A stretch of DNA of 64,000 nucleotides, from contig JAABSO010000015.1 in the NCBI GenBank assembly GCA_011390335.1, positions 8,972 through 72,971 on the forward strand, in the 5' to 3' direction. The notes beneath the pieces are model-generated. The model saw only the letters and a list, made by a program, of their open reading frames with translations. It was not told the DNA's origin and searched no databases. The translations under genes were made by a program, and so were the position numbers. This DNA is from Desulfotignum sp. (GTDB lineage: Bacteria; Desulfobacterota; Desulfobacteria; Desulfobacterales; Desulfobacteraceae). Of this stretch, positions 47,885-56,287 are shown in pieces. Every line of letters starts with the position of its first letter. The stretch's first letter is position 1.

Positions 47885-49352
47885 CATGCCGGCAATACTT
47901 GTTCTAGCCCCGCTGCTGGGGGCATTTTTCGCATGCCTGGCCGCCTGGATACAAAAACAACTCTCCTACTATATCGCCCTGGCTGCCATGGCTGTCTCCT
48001 GTTTTGCCGCTGTCAGCGTGCTGACGGATGTGATAACCTCAGGCACAATGCAGTACCGCATGGCCGGGTGGGCCCCACCCATGGGTATAGAGTTGCGGAT
48101 CGATCTGCTCAACGCCATGGTGCTGGTGCTGATATCTGCCATCGCCTTTGTGAACCTGGTGGCCAGTGTTAAAAATGTGGAACAGGAAATCTCCGACCGT
48201 GCCCCCTCTTTTTATGTGATGTACCTGCTGTTTGTGGTGGGACTTCTCGGGGTCACTGCCACAGGGGACCTGTTCAACCTGTATGTGCTCATCGAGATCA
48301 CCTCATTGACCTCCTATACCCTGATTGCCTTAGGAGACAAAGACCGTGCACCCCTTGCCGCATTGAATTATATCTTCATCGGTGTCATAGGGGCCTCGTT
48401 TTATCTGCTGGGGGTGGGGTATCTGTACATCACCACCGGATCATTGAACATGGCGGATGTGGCAGTCATCCTCAAAGGAATTCAGGGATCATCCGCTGTT
48501 CTCACCGCATTTATCTTATGCATTCTGGGGGTCTGGATCAAGATGGCCCTTTTTCCTTTGCATGTGTGGCTTCCCAATGCCTATGCATTTGCGCCGGTGG
48601 GGTTTGCCCGGGTGGTGGCACCGCTGATGACCAAGGTGATGGTATATGTCATGGTGCGGCTCATGGTTACCGTGTTCGGGCTGGAATATATTTTTGAGAC
48701 CCTGAACCTGGCCGATGCCGTGGTATGGCTGGCCGTCACCGCCATCCTTGCCGGGGCGTTCACAGCCTTGTTCCAGAAAGATCTGAAAAAAATGCTGGCC
48801 TATATCATTGTATGCGAGATCGGATACATGGTGGGGGGTGCCTGGCTGGGAAATTCTCTGGGCATGACCGGGGCCATTCTCCACATCCTCAATGACGGGC
48901 TCATGACCTTTGCGTTGTTTCTGGCAGTGGGCAATATCATCTATATGCGCAGACAGACGGCATTTTCAGATTTGTCAGGGCTGTTTGCCGCCATGCCCTG
49001 GACCATGGCCGGGTTTGTCCTGGCGGGCTTAAGCATCATCGGGGTACCCCCCACCTGCGGGTTTTTCAGCAAATGGTACCTGGTGCTGGGTGCGTTTGAG
49101 GCCGGTGCCTATCATTTTGCCGCAGCCCTGATCATCTCCAGCCTGGTATGTGCGGTGCTGTTTTTCAAGGTGTTTGAGATCTGTTTTTTTGAAGCTGATT
49201 CCGGGGCAGGGGATCATAACCCGGCCAAAGTGATAACCGAAGCACCGGTGTCCATGCTGGCATCCCTGGGACTGGTGAGCGTGGCCATCATTGCAGCCGG
49301 GATCTATGCCGGTACCATTGTCGACACCATTATATTGCCGTTTCTCCAATGA
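47877..49352 (+). CDS. mnhD: Mrp/Mnh subunit D-family proton-pumping subunit 1
   Basis: GDLFNLYVLIE, KMALFPLHVWLP.AY, GVPPTCGFFSKW. Confidence 0.9.
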   Translation: MNNMPAILVLAPLLGAFFACLAAWIQKQLSYYIALAAMAVSCFAAVSVLTDVITSGTMQYRMAGWAPPMGIELRIDLLNAMVLVLISAIAFVNLVASVKNVEQEISDRAPSFYVMYLLFVVGLLGVTATGDLFNLYVLIEITSLTSYTLIALGDKDRAPLAALNYIFIGVIGASFYLLGVGYLYITTGSLNMADVAVILKGIQGSSAVLTAFILCILGVWIKMALFPLHVWLPNAYAFAPVGFARVVAPLMTKVMVYVMVRLMVTVFGLEYIFETLNLADAVVWLAVTAILAGAFTALFQKDLKKMLAYIIVCEIGYMVGGAWLGNSLGMTGAILHILNDGLMTFALFLAVGNIIYMRRQTAFSDLSGLFAAMPWTMAGFVLAGLSIIGVPPTCGFFSKWYLVLGAFEAGAYHFAAALIISSLVCAVLFFKVFEICFFEADSGAGDHNPAKVITEAPVSMLASLGLVSVAIIAAGIYAGTIVDTIILPFLQ

Positions 49353-49433
49353 GGACCACAGCCATGACCGATTATTTTTTGTGCAACCAATACACCTACC
49401 TGATGTTTATATCCCAAAAAGGCTGATCCAACC

Positions 49434-50909
49434 ATGGAAATCCTCATCTCAATAAAACCGTTGTTGACTGTCCTGGTCCCCCTGCTGGTCATCCCCATCC
49501 TGGTGTCATCATCACAAAAACCCAATGTCAGGGAAGCCTGGATATTTGGTGCCGGGTTTGTCATGTTTTTTCTGGTGGCATCCATGGTGCCGGCTGTATT
49601 GTCCGGCAGTAAAATTGTGTTCACCCTGTTTGAACTGGCCCCCGGGGCGGATATCGCCTTTCAGGTGGACGGCCTGGGCATGCTGTTTGCCCTGGTGGCA
49701 GGAAGTTTGTACATCGTCACCTCCCTGTACTCCATCGGGTACATGCGGGGGCTCAAGGAACACGGCCAGACCCGGTTTGTATCCTTTTTTGCTTTGGCCA
49801 TCTCCGCAACAATGGGGGCGGCGTTTTCCGCCAACCTGCTCACTTTGTACCTGTTTTATGAAATACTGTCTTTGGCCACCTATCCTTTGGTGGCCCATCA
49901 TGAAGATGCAAAATCCCGTATTTCCGCCCGGCGGTACCTGGTGTTTATCCTGGGGACCTCCATCGGTCTGGTGTTGCCGGCCATGATCTACTGCTACCAT
50001 GTCACCGGCACCCTGGCATTTTCCACGGCCGGTATTTTTGCGGGCCAGCTGTCAAAACCGGCTGCCACCGTGCTTTTGCTCATGTTTGTGTTCGGGTTTG
50101 CCAAGGCCGGGATCATGCCGTTTCATTCCTGGCTGCCGGCAGCCATGGTGGCTCCCACACCGGTGAGTGCGCTATTGCATGCCGTGGCCGTGGTCAAGGT
50201 GGGGGTGTTTTCCATTGTACGGGTCATTACCGGGATCTTCGGGGTGGACCTGCTGGCACATTTCAATCTGGGGGTTGTGGTCATGGTCATTGCATCCTTT
50301 ACCATTATCGTCAGCTCCTGCATCGCCCTGTCCCAGGATGAACTCAAGCGCAGGCTGGCCTTTTCCACCATCAGCCAACTGTCTTATATTGTATTCGGCG
50401 TGGCCCTTTTGTCACCTTCGGGCCAGTTGGGCGGAGTGATCCATATTCTCATGCACGCATTCGGCAAAATCACCTTGTTTTTCTGTGCAGGTGCCATTTT
50501 TGTGGCCACAGGCAAAAAATATATCTCCCAGATGAAAGGTTTGGGCCGACAGATGCCCGTGACTTTTGCTGCGTTTTTCATCGGATCTTTGGGGGTGATC
50601 GGATTGCCCCCCACCGGCGGATTTTACAGCAAGTGGAATTTGATCCTGGGCACACTTGAGGCCGGCCAGACCATTTTCATGGTGGTGCTGCTGGTATCTT
50701 CATTTTTGAATGCATTTTATTTTCTGCCCATTGTGTATCAGGCGTTTTTCGGCAAAGGCAAAGACGACCTTTCCGGTGCCCGGGTAAAAATCCAGGAAGC
50801 CAATCTGTGCCTGGTGTTGCCCCTGGCCATCACTGCACTGGCATCCATCGGGCTGTTTTTCTTTCCCCAGATGTTTGTGGACCTGATCACCCTGGGGCTG
50901 AATTTGTGA
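49434..50909 (+). CDS. Mrp/Mnh subunit D-family subunit 2
   Basis: YLFYE, KAGIMPFHSWLP.AMVAPTPVSALLHA, KRRLAFST, HAFGK. Confidence 0.9.
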   Translation: MEILISIKPLLTVLVPLLVIPILVSSSQKPNVREAWIFGAGFVMFFLVASMVPAVLSGSKIVFTLFELAPGADIAFQVDGLGMLFALVAGSLYIVTSLYSIGYMRGLKEHGQTRFVSFFALAISATMGAAFSANLLTLYLFYEILSLATYPLVAHHEDAKSRISARRYLVFILGTSIGLVLPAMIYCYHVTGTLAFSTAGIFAGQLSKPAATVLLLMFVFGFAKAGIMPFHSWLPAAMVAPTPVSALLHAVAVVKVGVFSIVRVITGIFGVDLLAHFNLGVVVMVIASFTIIVSSCIALSQDELKRRLAFSTISQLSYIVFGVALLSPSGQLGGVIHILMHAFGKITLFFCAGAIFVATGKKYISQMKGLGRQMPVTFAAFFIGSLGVIGLPPTGGFYSKWNLILGTLEAGQTIFMVVLLVSSFLNAFYFLPIVYQAFFGKGKDDLSGARVKIQEANLCLVLPLAITALASIGLFFFPQMFVDLITLGLNL

Positions 50910-50954
50910 TGACCCTTTTGACTGAATGAATGATGTATTAAGGATGTAAAAGCC

Positions 50955-51122
50955 ATGACAATAAAAGACAATTCCCATAAAGACAACCCCAATAATGAAG
51001 GCTGGGAGATGCTGGGACATGACCCGGTTCCCGGATACAAGACCGCGTTTTACATTGCGGTGCTGGTGTCTGTGATATATCTGGCAGTGGCTTTTTTTCC
51101 CGGTGGCGGTGGCGGCCATTAA
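50955..51122 (+). CDS. Small single-TM protein (55 aa) inside mrp operon
   Basis: AAGGA RBS; MTIKDNSHKDNPNNEGWEMLGHDPVPGYKTAFYIAVLVSVIYLAVAFFPGGGGGH. Confidence 0.6.
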   Translation: MTIKDNSHKDNPNNEGWEMLGHDPVPGYKTAFYIAVLVSVIYLAVAFFPGGGGGH

Positions 51123-51216
51123 CAAAAAAAATACCGAAGCCCTGGTTGTTCATGTTGTTCAAGTCATGGCCGGGCCGGTTGAACTTCACAAGGTTTGCAA
51201 GGCATAAGGTGTTAAG

Positions 51217-51462
51217 ATGAAAAAAGAGTTGACCATTTTTGACAAACCAAAGAATGTAAAAATCCTGCTGAGATGCTTTTATGGCTCCCTGGTTGTTTTG
51301 CTGATTGCGGAGTTTTTCATTCATCCGCATCCGGCGTTTTATTTTGAACAGATCAAGGGATTTTCTGCTGTATACGGCTTTTTTTCCTGTGTGCTGCTCA
51401 TTTTTCTGGCCAAAATCCTGCGCCTGATCGTCATGAAAAAAGAGGATTACTATGACCGGTAA
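51217..51462 (+). CDS. Small two-TM protein of mrp operon
   Basis: FDKPKNV..., GFSAVYGF..CV, MKKEDYYD; overlaps next gene. Confidence 0.75.
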   Translation: MKKELTIFDKPKNVKILLRCFYGSLVVLLIAEFFIHPHPAFYFEQIKGFSAVYGFFSCVLLIFLAKILRLIVMKKEDYYDR

Positions 51463-53224
51463 TCTTTTGCCTCCGGCCCTGATTTTTATTGCTGCCGCGC
51501 TTTTGATCCCTTTTTTGCGGGGCAGAGCCAAAGCGGCGTATATGCTGCTGATTCCTGTGGTGTGTTTTTACATCCTCATGAAAATCCCCATGGGCAGTAT
51601 ATGGACCTATGAGTTCTGGGAATACACCCTGATCATGGGGCGTATTGACAAACTGTCCATGGTGTTCGGGTATATTTTTACCATCATGGCATTTTTGGGC
51701 ATTCTGTTTGCCCTGAAGGTAAAAGACGACCTGCAGCACGTGTCCGCCATTGTGTATGCCGGGGCCACATTGGGCGTGGTGTTTGCCGGGGATTTTCTCA
51801 CCCTGTACCTGTTCTGGGAAGTCATGGCGGTAAGTTCCACCTTTCTGGTCATTGCCTCCCGCACCGATGCAGCCCGGAAAGCCGGGTTCCGGTATATCCT
51901 GGTGCATCTGGTCGGCGGTTTGTTTCTGCTGGCCGGCATTGTTTTGTACATCCAGCAGACCGGTACCACTGCCTTTGACTACATCGGATTGTCCGGCACC
52001 GCATCTTACCTGATTTTTATCGGCATCGCCCTGAACGCGGCAGCCATCCCCCTGCATGCCTGGCTGCCGGATGCCTATCCCATGGGTACCCCCACCAGCA
52101 CGGTGTTTTTGAGCGCATTTACCACCAAGTCAGCCGTGTATCTGTTGATCAGAACCTTTCCCGGCACGGAACTGCTCATCTGGATCGGGGCGTTCATGGT
52201 GTTTGTCCCCATTTTTTATGCGGTCCTTGAAAATGATATCAGAAGGGTTTTGGCCTACAGTCTTTTGAACCAGATAGGGTTCATGCTGGTGGGCTCCGGC
52301 ATCGGGTCCCAGCTGGCACTGAACGGGGCTGTGGCCCATGCCTTCTGCCATATTCTTTACAAGGGTCTTTTGTTCATGGCTGCCGGGTCTGTGCTCCAGA
52401 TGACCGGCAAAATCAAATGCACCGAGATCGGCGGGCTTTACAAGACCATGCCCTTAACCTGCCTGTTCTGCATTGTGGGGGCTGCCTCCATCTCAGCCTT
52501 TCCGCTTTTTTCCGGGTTTGTGTCCAAATCCATGGTGGTGACGGCAACGGTGAATGAAAACCTGGTGCTGGTGTATCTGGTCCTGCAGTTTGCCTCTGCC
52601 GGCGTGTTTCACCATGCCGGGATCAAGGTGCCGTTTTTCACCTTTTTCGGCCATGATTCAGGCATCCGGGCCAAGGACCCCTCCTGGAACATGGTGCTGG
52701 CCATGGGCATTGCCGCATTTGCCTGTATCTTCATCGGTGTGTTTCCCCAGCCCCTGTACAACCTGCTTCCCTTTACCGTGGACTACATCCCCTACACCGG
52801 GGCACATGTGGTGGGACAGCTGCAGCTGCTCATGTTCGGGGCTCTGGCCTTTGCCCTGCTGATTCTTTCCGGATATTATCCCCCTGAAATCAAATCCATC
52901 AACCTGGATGTGGACTGGACCTACAGAAAACTGGGAAAGGCAGCCTACCGGATGCTGGACAGTGGCCTGAACGCGGCAAACTGCAGGGCGGAACATATAT
53001 TGATGACAGTGGTCAAAGGGTGCAGCAGCTTTTTTCGGCAGATCATTGTGCACCTGGCCCTGTTTTTTTCCGTGAATCTGTGGCTGCTCCAGGGCTACAG
53101 AGACAAGCACCTGGCCCTGAAAAAACAGCGGCTGTACAATGATGTGGTTCAAGGGACCCTTCCCATCGGCCTTGGTGCGGCAGTGGCAATTTCATTTATT
53201 ATTTTGATATTTGTATTAACCTGA
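51452..53224 (+). CDS. Mrp/Mnh subunit D/A-like subunit 3
   Basis: YLFWE, PLHAWLPDAYP, SAFTTK, RRVLAYS, HILYKGLLF. Confidence 0.9.
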   Translation: MTGNLLPPALIFIAAALLIPFLRGRAKAAYMLLIPVVCFYILMKIPMGSIWTYEFWEYTLIMGRIDKLSMVFGYIFTIMAFLGILFALKVKDDLQHVSAIVYAGATLGVVFAGDFLTLYLFWEVMAVSSTFLVIASRTDAARKAGFRYILVHLVGGLFLLAGIVLYIQQTGTTAFDYIGLSGTASYLIFIGIALNAAAIPLHAWLPDAYPMGTPTSTVFLSAFTTKSAVYLLIRTFPGTELLIWIGAFMVFVPIFYAVLENDIRRVLAYSLLNQIGFMLVGSGIGSQLALNGAVAHAFCHILYKGLLFMAAGSVLQMTGKIKCTEIGGLYKTMPLTCLFCIVGAASISAFPLFSGFVSKSMVVTATVNENLVLVYLVLQFASAGVFHHAGIKVPFFTFFGHDSGIRAKDPSWNMVLAMGIAAFACIFIGVFPQPLYNLLPFTVDYIPYTGAHVVGQLQLLMFGALAFALLILSGYYPPEIKSINLDVDWTYRKLGKAAYRMLDSGLNAANCRAEHILMTVVKGCSSFFRQIIVHLALFFSVNLWLLQGYRDKHLALKKQRLYNDVVQGTLPIGLGAAVAISFIILIFVLT

Positions 53225-53252
53225 AAAAAGGCAAAGACCAGAGGGTTTTCCC

Positions 53253-53759
53253 ATGGTAAAAATACAGGATTTAAAACAGATCCATATATTGGAAGCGATG
53301 CCGGACCATTTGCTGGCCCTTATCGGACAGGAAGCCCAGCTGTCCATTTTCAGCAGCGGTACCTGCCTTTTCAGGGCAGGCGAAGCTGTGGACACTTTCT
53401 ACATGCTCATTATGGGCCAGGTTGCCCTGACCGTGGCCCTGAACAAGGATGTGGACGTGATCCTGGAAAATATCCAGTCCGGTCGCACTTTCGGGTCTTC
53501 CGCATTGATCTCCGGCGGACCGGCCGCCTACACCGCCGTCTGCCAGGAGCCCTGCGAAACCATCACCCTGTCCGGTGCCCGCATGCAGGAAATTTTTGAA
53601 ACCAATCATGAACTGGCCTTTTACATGATGGCCGGCGTGGCCAGGCAGTACAAGCAGACCATGGACAGCCGGGCAAAAATGATCAAGAAAACCCTGGAAC
53701 AACATCCTGAGATGAAAGCATCCATCCATGACATAGAAACACTGACCCCGGCGTATTAG
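53253..53759 (+). CDS. Stand-alone cyclic-nucleotide-binding domain protein 1
   Basis: LFRAGE..DTFYMLIMGQV, G.TFG.SAL, TAVC.EPC. Confidence 0.82.
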   Translation: MVKIQDLKQIHILEAMPDHLLALIGQEAQLSIFSSGTCLFRAGEAVDTFYMLIMGQVALTVALNKDVDVILENIQSGRTFGSSALISGGPAAYTAVCQEPCETITLSGARMQEIFETNHELAFYMMAGVARQYKQTMDSRAKMIKKTLEQHPEMKASIHDIETLTPAY

Positions 53760-53797
53760 GCCCGGCATGCCGGGACCCGTATGCCCAAGGAATTGAT

Positions 53798-54271
53798 ATG
53801 GTACCCATTGATCTTTTGAAAAAAATACAGTTTCTCCAGGATCTGCCCGACGATATTCTGGAAAAAATCAGTCCCCTGGCCCAGGTGGAAACCTTTGACC
53901 CGGAAGTTATACTGGTGCGGCAGAACCAGGCCCAGCACCTGGTGTATATGCTGGTGGCAGGAAAGATATGCCTCAATGCCCGGTCTGATGACGGCAGGAT
54001 TCTGACCCTGGATGAAATTACCCCGGGCCGCAGTATAGGGGTGTCTGCTCTTTTGGGAAATGCCTTTGCCCCCTTTACCGCTGTCTGCACCGAACACTGT
54101 GAGGTGATCACCCTGTCAGGCGATCAGATGCGCAAGTTGTTCGCATCCGACTTCACTGCAGGGTACGCCGTGATGGAAAGGGTTGCCCGATTGTTCAAAG
54201 ATCGCATGAACAAGCATACCCGGCAGTTTCTCCATTCGCTGTCCATCCACCCGGCCATAAACCCCATGTGA
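53798..54271 (+). CDS. Stand-alone cyclic-nucleotide-binding domain protein 2
   Basis: LKKIQFLQDL, VYMLVAGKI, PG.SIG.SAL, TAVCTEHCE. Confidence 0.82.
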   Translation: MVPIDLLKKIQFLQDLPDDILEKISPLAQVETFDPEVILVRQNQAQHLVYMLVAGKICLNARSDDGRILTLDEITPGRSIGVSALLGNAFAPFTAVCTEHCEVITLSGDQMRKLFASDFTAGYAVMERVARLFKDRMNKHTRQFLHSLSIHPAINPM

Positions 54272-54330
54272 GAATACCCGGGATCCCTACCCGATTTTAT
54301 TTTTTGTCGTCGTGAGACAGTTTAATGCCC

Positions 54331-54555
54331 TTATTTTTTGATATCCGTTATCTGTTTTTTCAAAATTTCCAGTATATTGCTTCCTCTTTTTTTGGCAATC
54401 ACATGGGCATCTGCCACAATTTTTTCTGTTTGCGCCTGGAGTGTTGCCTCATCAGGCATAGCGATGCCGGCGTTTTCATATCTCCAGGCAAGCAGTTTTT
54501 TTGCAAACGCAACCTCCTGCTGCCGGATAAATCCGTTTTTACCAAATAAAGCCAT
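54331..54555 (-). CDS. Hypothetical protein
   Basis: GGAG RBS 7 nt before ATG; MALFGKNGFIRQQEVAFAKKLLAWRYE..., helical and protein-like. Confidence 0.6.
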   Translation of the reverse strand: MALFGKNGFIRQQEVAFAKKLLAWRYENAGIAMPDEATLQAQTEKIVADAHVIAKKRGSNILEILKKQITDIKK

Positions 54556-54706
54556 AGACATACTCCATAATAAAAGAAGTGTAACCGTTGGTCTGGATAT
54601 TGTCAATGTACTGGTCAGTGCAAAATCTGTATCGTTTCAGGGAGGCTGGGGTAGTGGACCCTTTCGGCAGTGATACCGCCCCTGCAGGGGTATCTTGCTA
54701 CCCGCC

Positions 54707-56170
54707 TCAGCCATCCCTCACCGGCAGGGTGATGACGAACGCGGCCCCATGGCCCTCTTTGCTGGACACATCCAGCCACCCCCCGTGTTCGGCAATGATA
54801 TTGTAGGCAATGCTCAGCCCCAGGCCTGTGCCGTGATCCTTGGTGGTAAAAAACGGGTTGAATATCTCAGATTGAATCTCTTTGGGGATGCCGGGGCCGT
54901 CATCCATGATCCGGATGATCACCGCTTTTTCCAAAGGCGGGATGAAACTTTCCTCCTCACTGACGATGATCTGTCCGTCCTGTCTGATGGCTTCGCACGC
55001 ATTGATGATGATGTTGACAATTACCTCTTTGAGTTGTTCAGGATCGATGAGGGTGGGAGCAAGCCTGTGCTTCCGTACCAGTTTGACAGCGACCCGGTAG
55101 GATTTGAGCCGCTGTTCCAGCAGGTTGAGAGCACTGTCCACAATGAGAGACGGGCTCATGTTTCTGGTTTTCAGCCGGGGGGGTCTGGAAAACTCCAGAA
55201 AATTGTCCACGATTTTGTTTATCTGCTGGATTTCGCTTGAAATGACGTTGACGTCCTCCTGCTGGCCATCGGTGAATTTGCAGGACCGGTTCAGGGAAAA
55301 CAGCCGCATCTTGACGGATGTCAACGGGTTCCGGATGCTGTGGGCCGTGCCGGCAGCCAGTTTTCCCAGCAGGGCCATTTTTTCTGACTGCAGCAGGGTT
55401 TCCTGGCTTTTTTTCAAGTCCTGGTGCACCTGTTCCGTATTTTTGATCAGTCCGTGAACGCTCAGCTCCAGGGCCGCAACCTCATTGGCGGGTTTCGGAG
55501 AATCCCCCTGAATATAGGCTTCTTGTGCAATTTTCCGGATGGGTCCCAGAATATGCCGGGCAAAGATGTAATTGATCAAAAGCGAGAGAATGATCACAAT
55601 GATGATGGCCAGGAGCGCCATATACCGCAGCCGGTTGGATTCCTCCCGGCTGGTTTCGACGGCCGCAGAAATCTTGTTTTTGTGAAAGGTTTTGAACTGT
55701 TCGCACAGGGCCAGGATCTGAGCAAAGTGTTCCCGGGTCGTTTCATGGATTGCATATCCTTTTTCAAATTCTCCGGACAGGTACAGGTCAATGACCATAT
55801 CCTTGGTGGTGATGTAGTCTGCATATTGGGACTCAATCTGGGCAATGGCATCAATTTCCCAGTCATCTGCCACCAGGGATTTGACGCCTGCCATATGTTC
55901 AATGAACGAATCCCGGGCCTGATGCAGCCGGTCGATCCAGGCTGGATTCCTGTCCAGCAGATAGTAGGAGACAAATCCCTTGTGTTTGACAAGTGCGGTG
56001 GCCAGGCTTTCGGCAGACTGGTACACAATGATGTTCTTGTTGATAATGGTCTGGAAGATTTTTTCGGTTTTGTAGGTGTACCATATCATCAAAAGCCCGC
56101 CGATCACCGTGATGCTCACCAGAATGGTGTTGACGAGGTAGATTCTGTTTTTAAGGCTCAACTGAAGCAT
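54707..56170 (-). CDS. Membrane sensor histidine kinase (four-helix periplasmic domain)
   Basis: 2 TM, H-box AHSIRNPL, VIVNIIINA, FNPFFTTK.HGTGLGL. Confidence 0.9.
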   Translation of the reverse strand: MLQLSLKNRIYLVNTILVSITVIGGLLMIWYTYKTEKIFQTIINKNIIVYQSAESLATALVKHKGFVSYYLLDRNPAWIDRLHQARDSFIEHMAGVKSLVADDWEIDAIAQIESQYADYITTKDMVIDLYLSGEFEKGYAIHETTREHFAQILALCEQFKTFHKNKISAAVETSREESNRLRYMALLAIIIVIILSLLINYIFARHILGPIRKIAQEAYIQGDSPKPANEVAALELSVHGLIKNTEQVHQDLKKSQETLLQSEKMALLGKLAAGTAHSIRNPLTSVKMRLFSLNRSCKFTDGQQEDVNVISSEIQQINKIVDNFLEFSRPPRLKTRNMSPSLIVDSALNLLEQRLKSYRVAVKLVRKHRLAPTLIDPEQLKEVIVNIIINACEAIRQDGQIIVSEEESFIPPLEKAVIIRIMDDGPGIPKEIQSEIFNPFFTTKDHGTGLGLSIAYNIIAEHGGWLDVSSKEGHGAAFVITLPVRDG

Positions 56171-56287
56171 GGAATTCCTTTCAAATCCATCCCTGTCAAA
56201 ATGGATCCGGTCCTGTTCCGGCAAAAAATACTGCCGTGTCATAAAAAGCGACCGTAATTTTTGTTGATCATATTACCACTGCGTGAT

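Noticed and set aside
45218-53224. Energy-converting hydrogenase or complex I membrane arm
   Set aside because: No NiFe, NuoB/C/D/H/I or Fe-S subunits in the locus; the subunit set fits an Mrp antiporter
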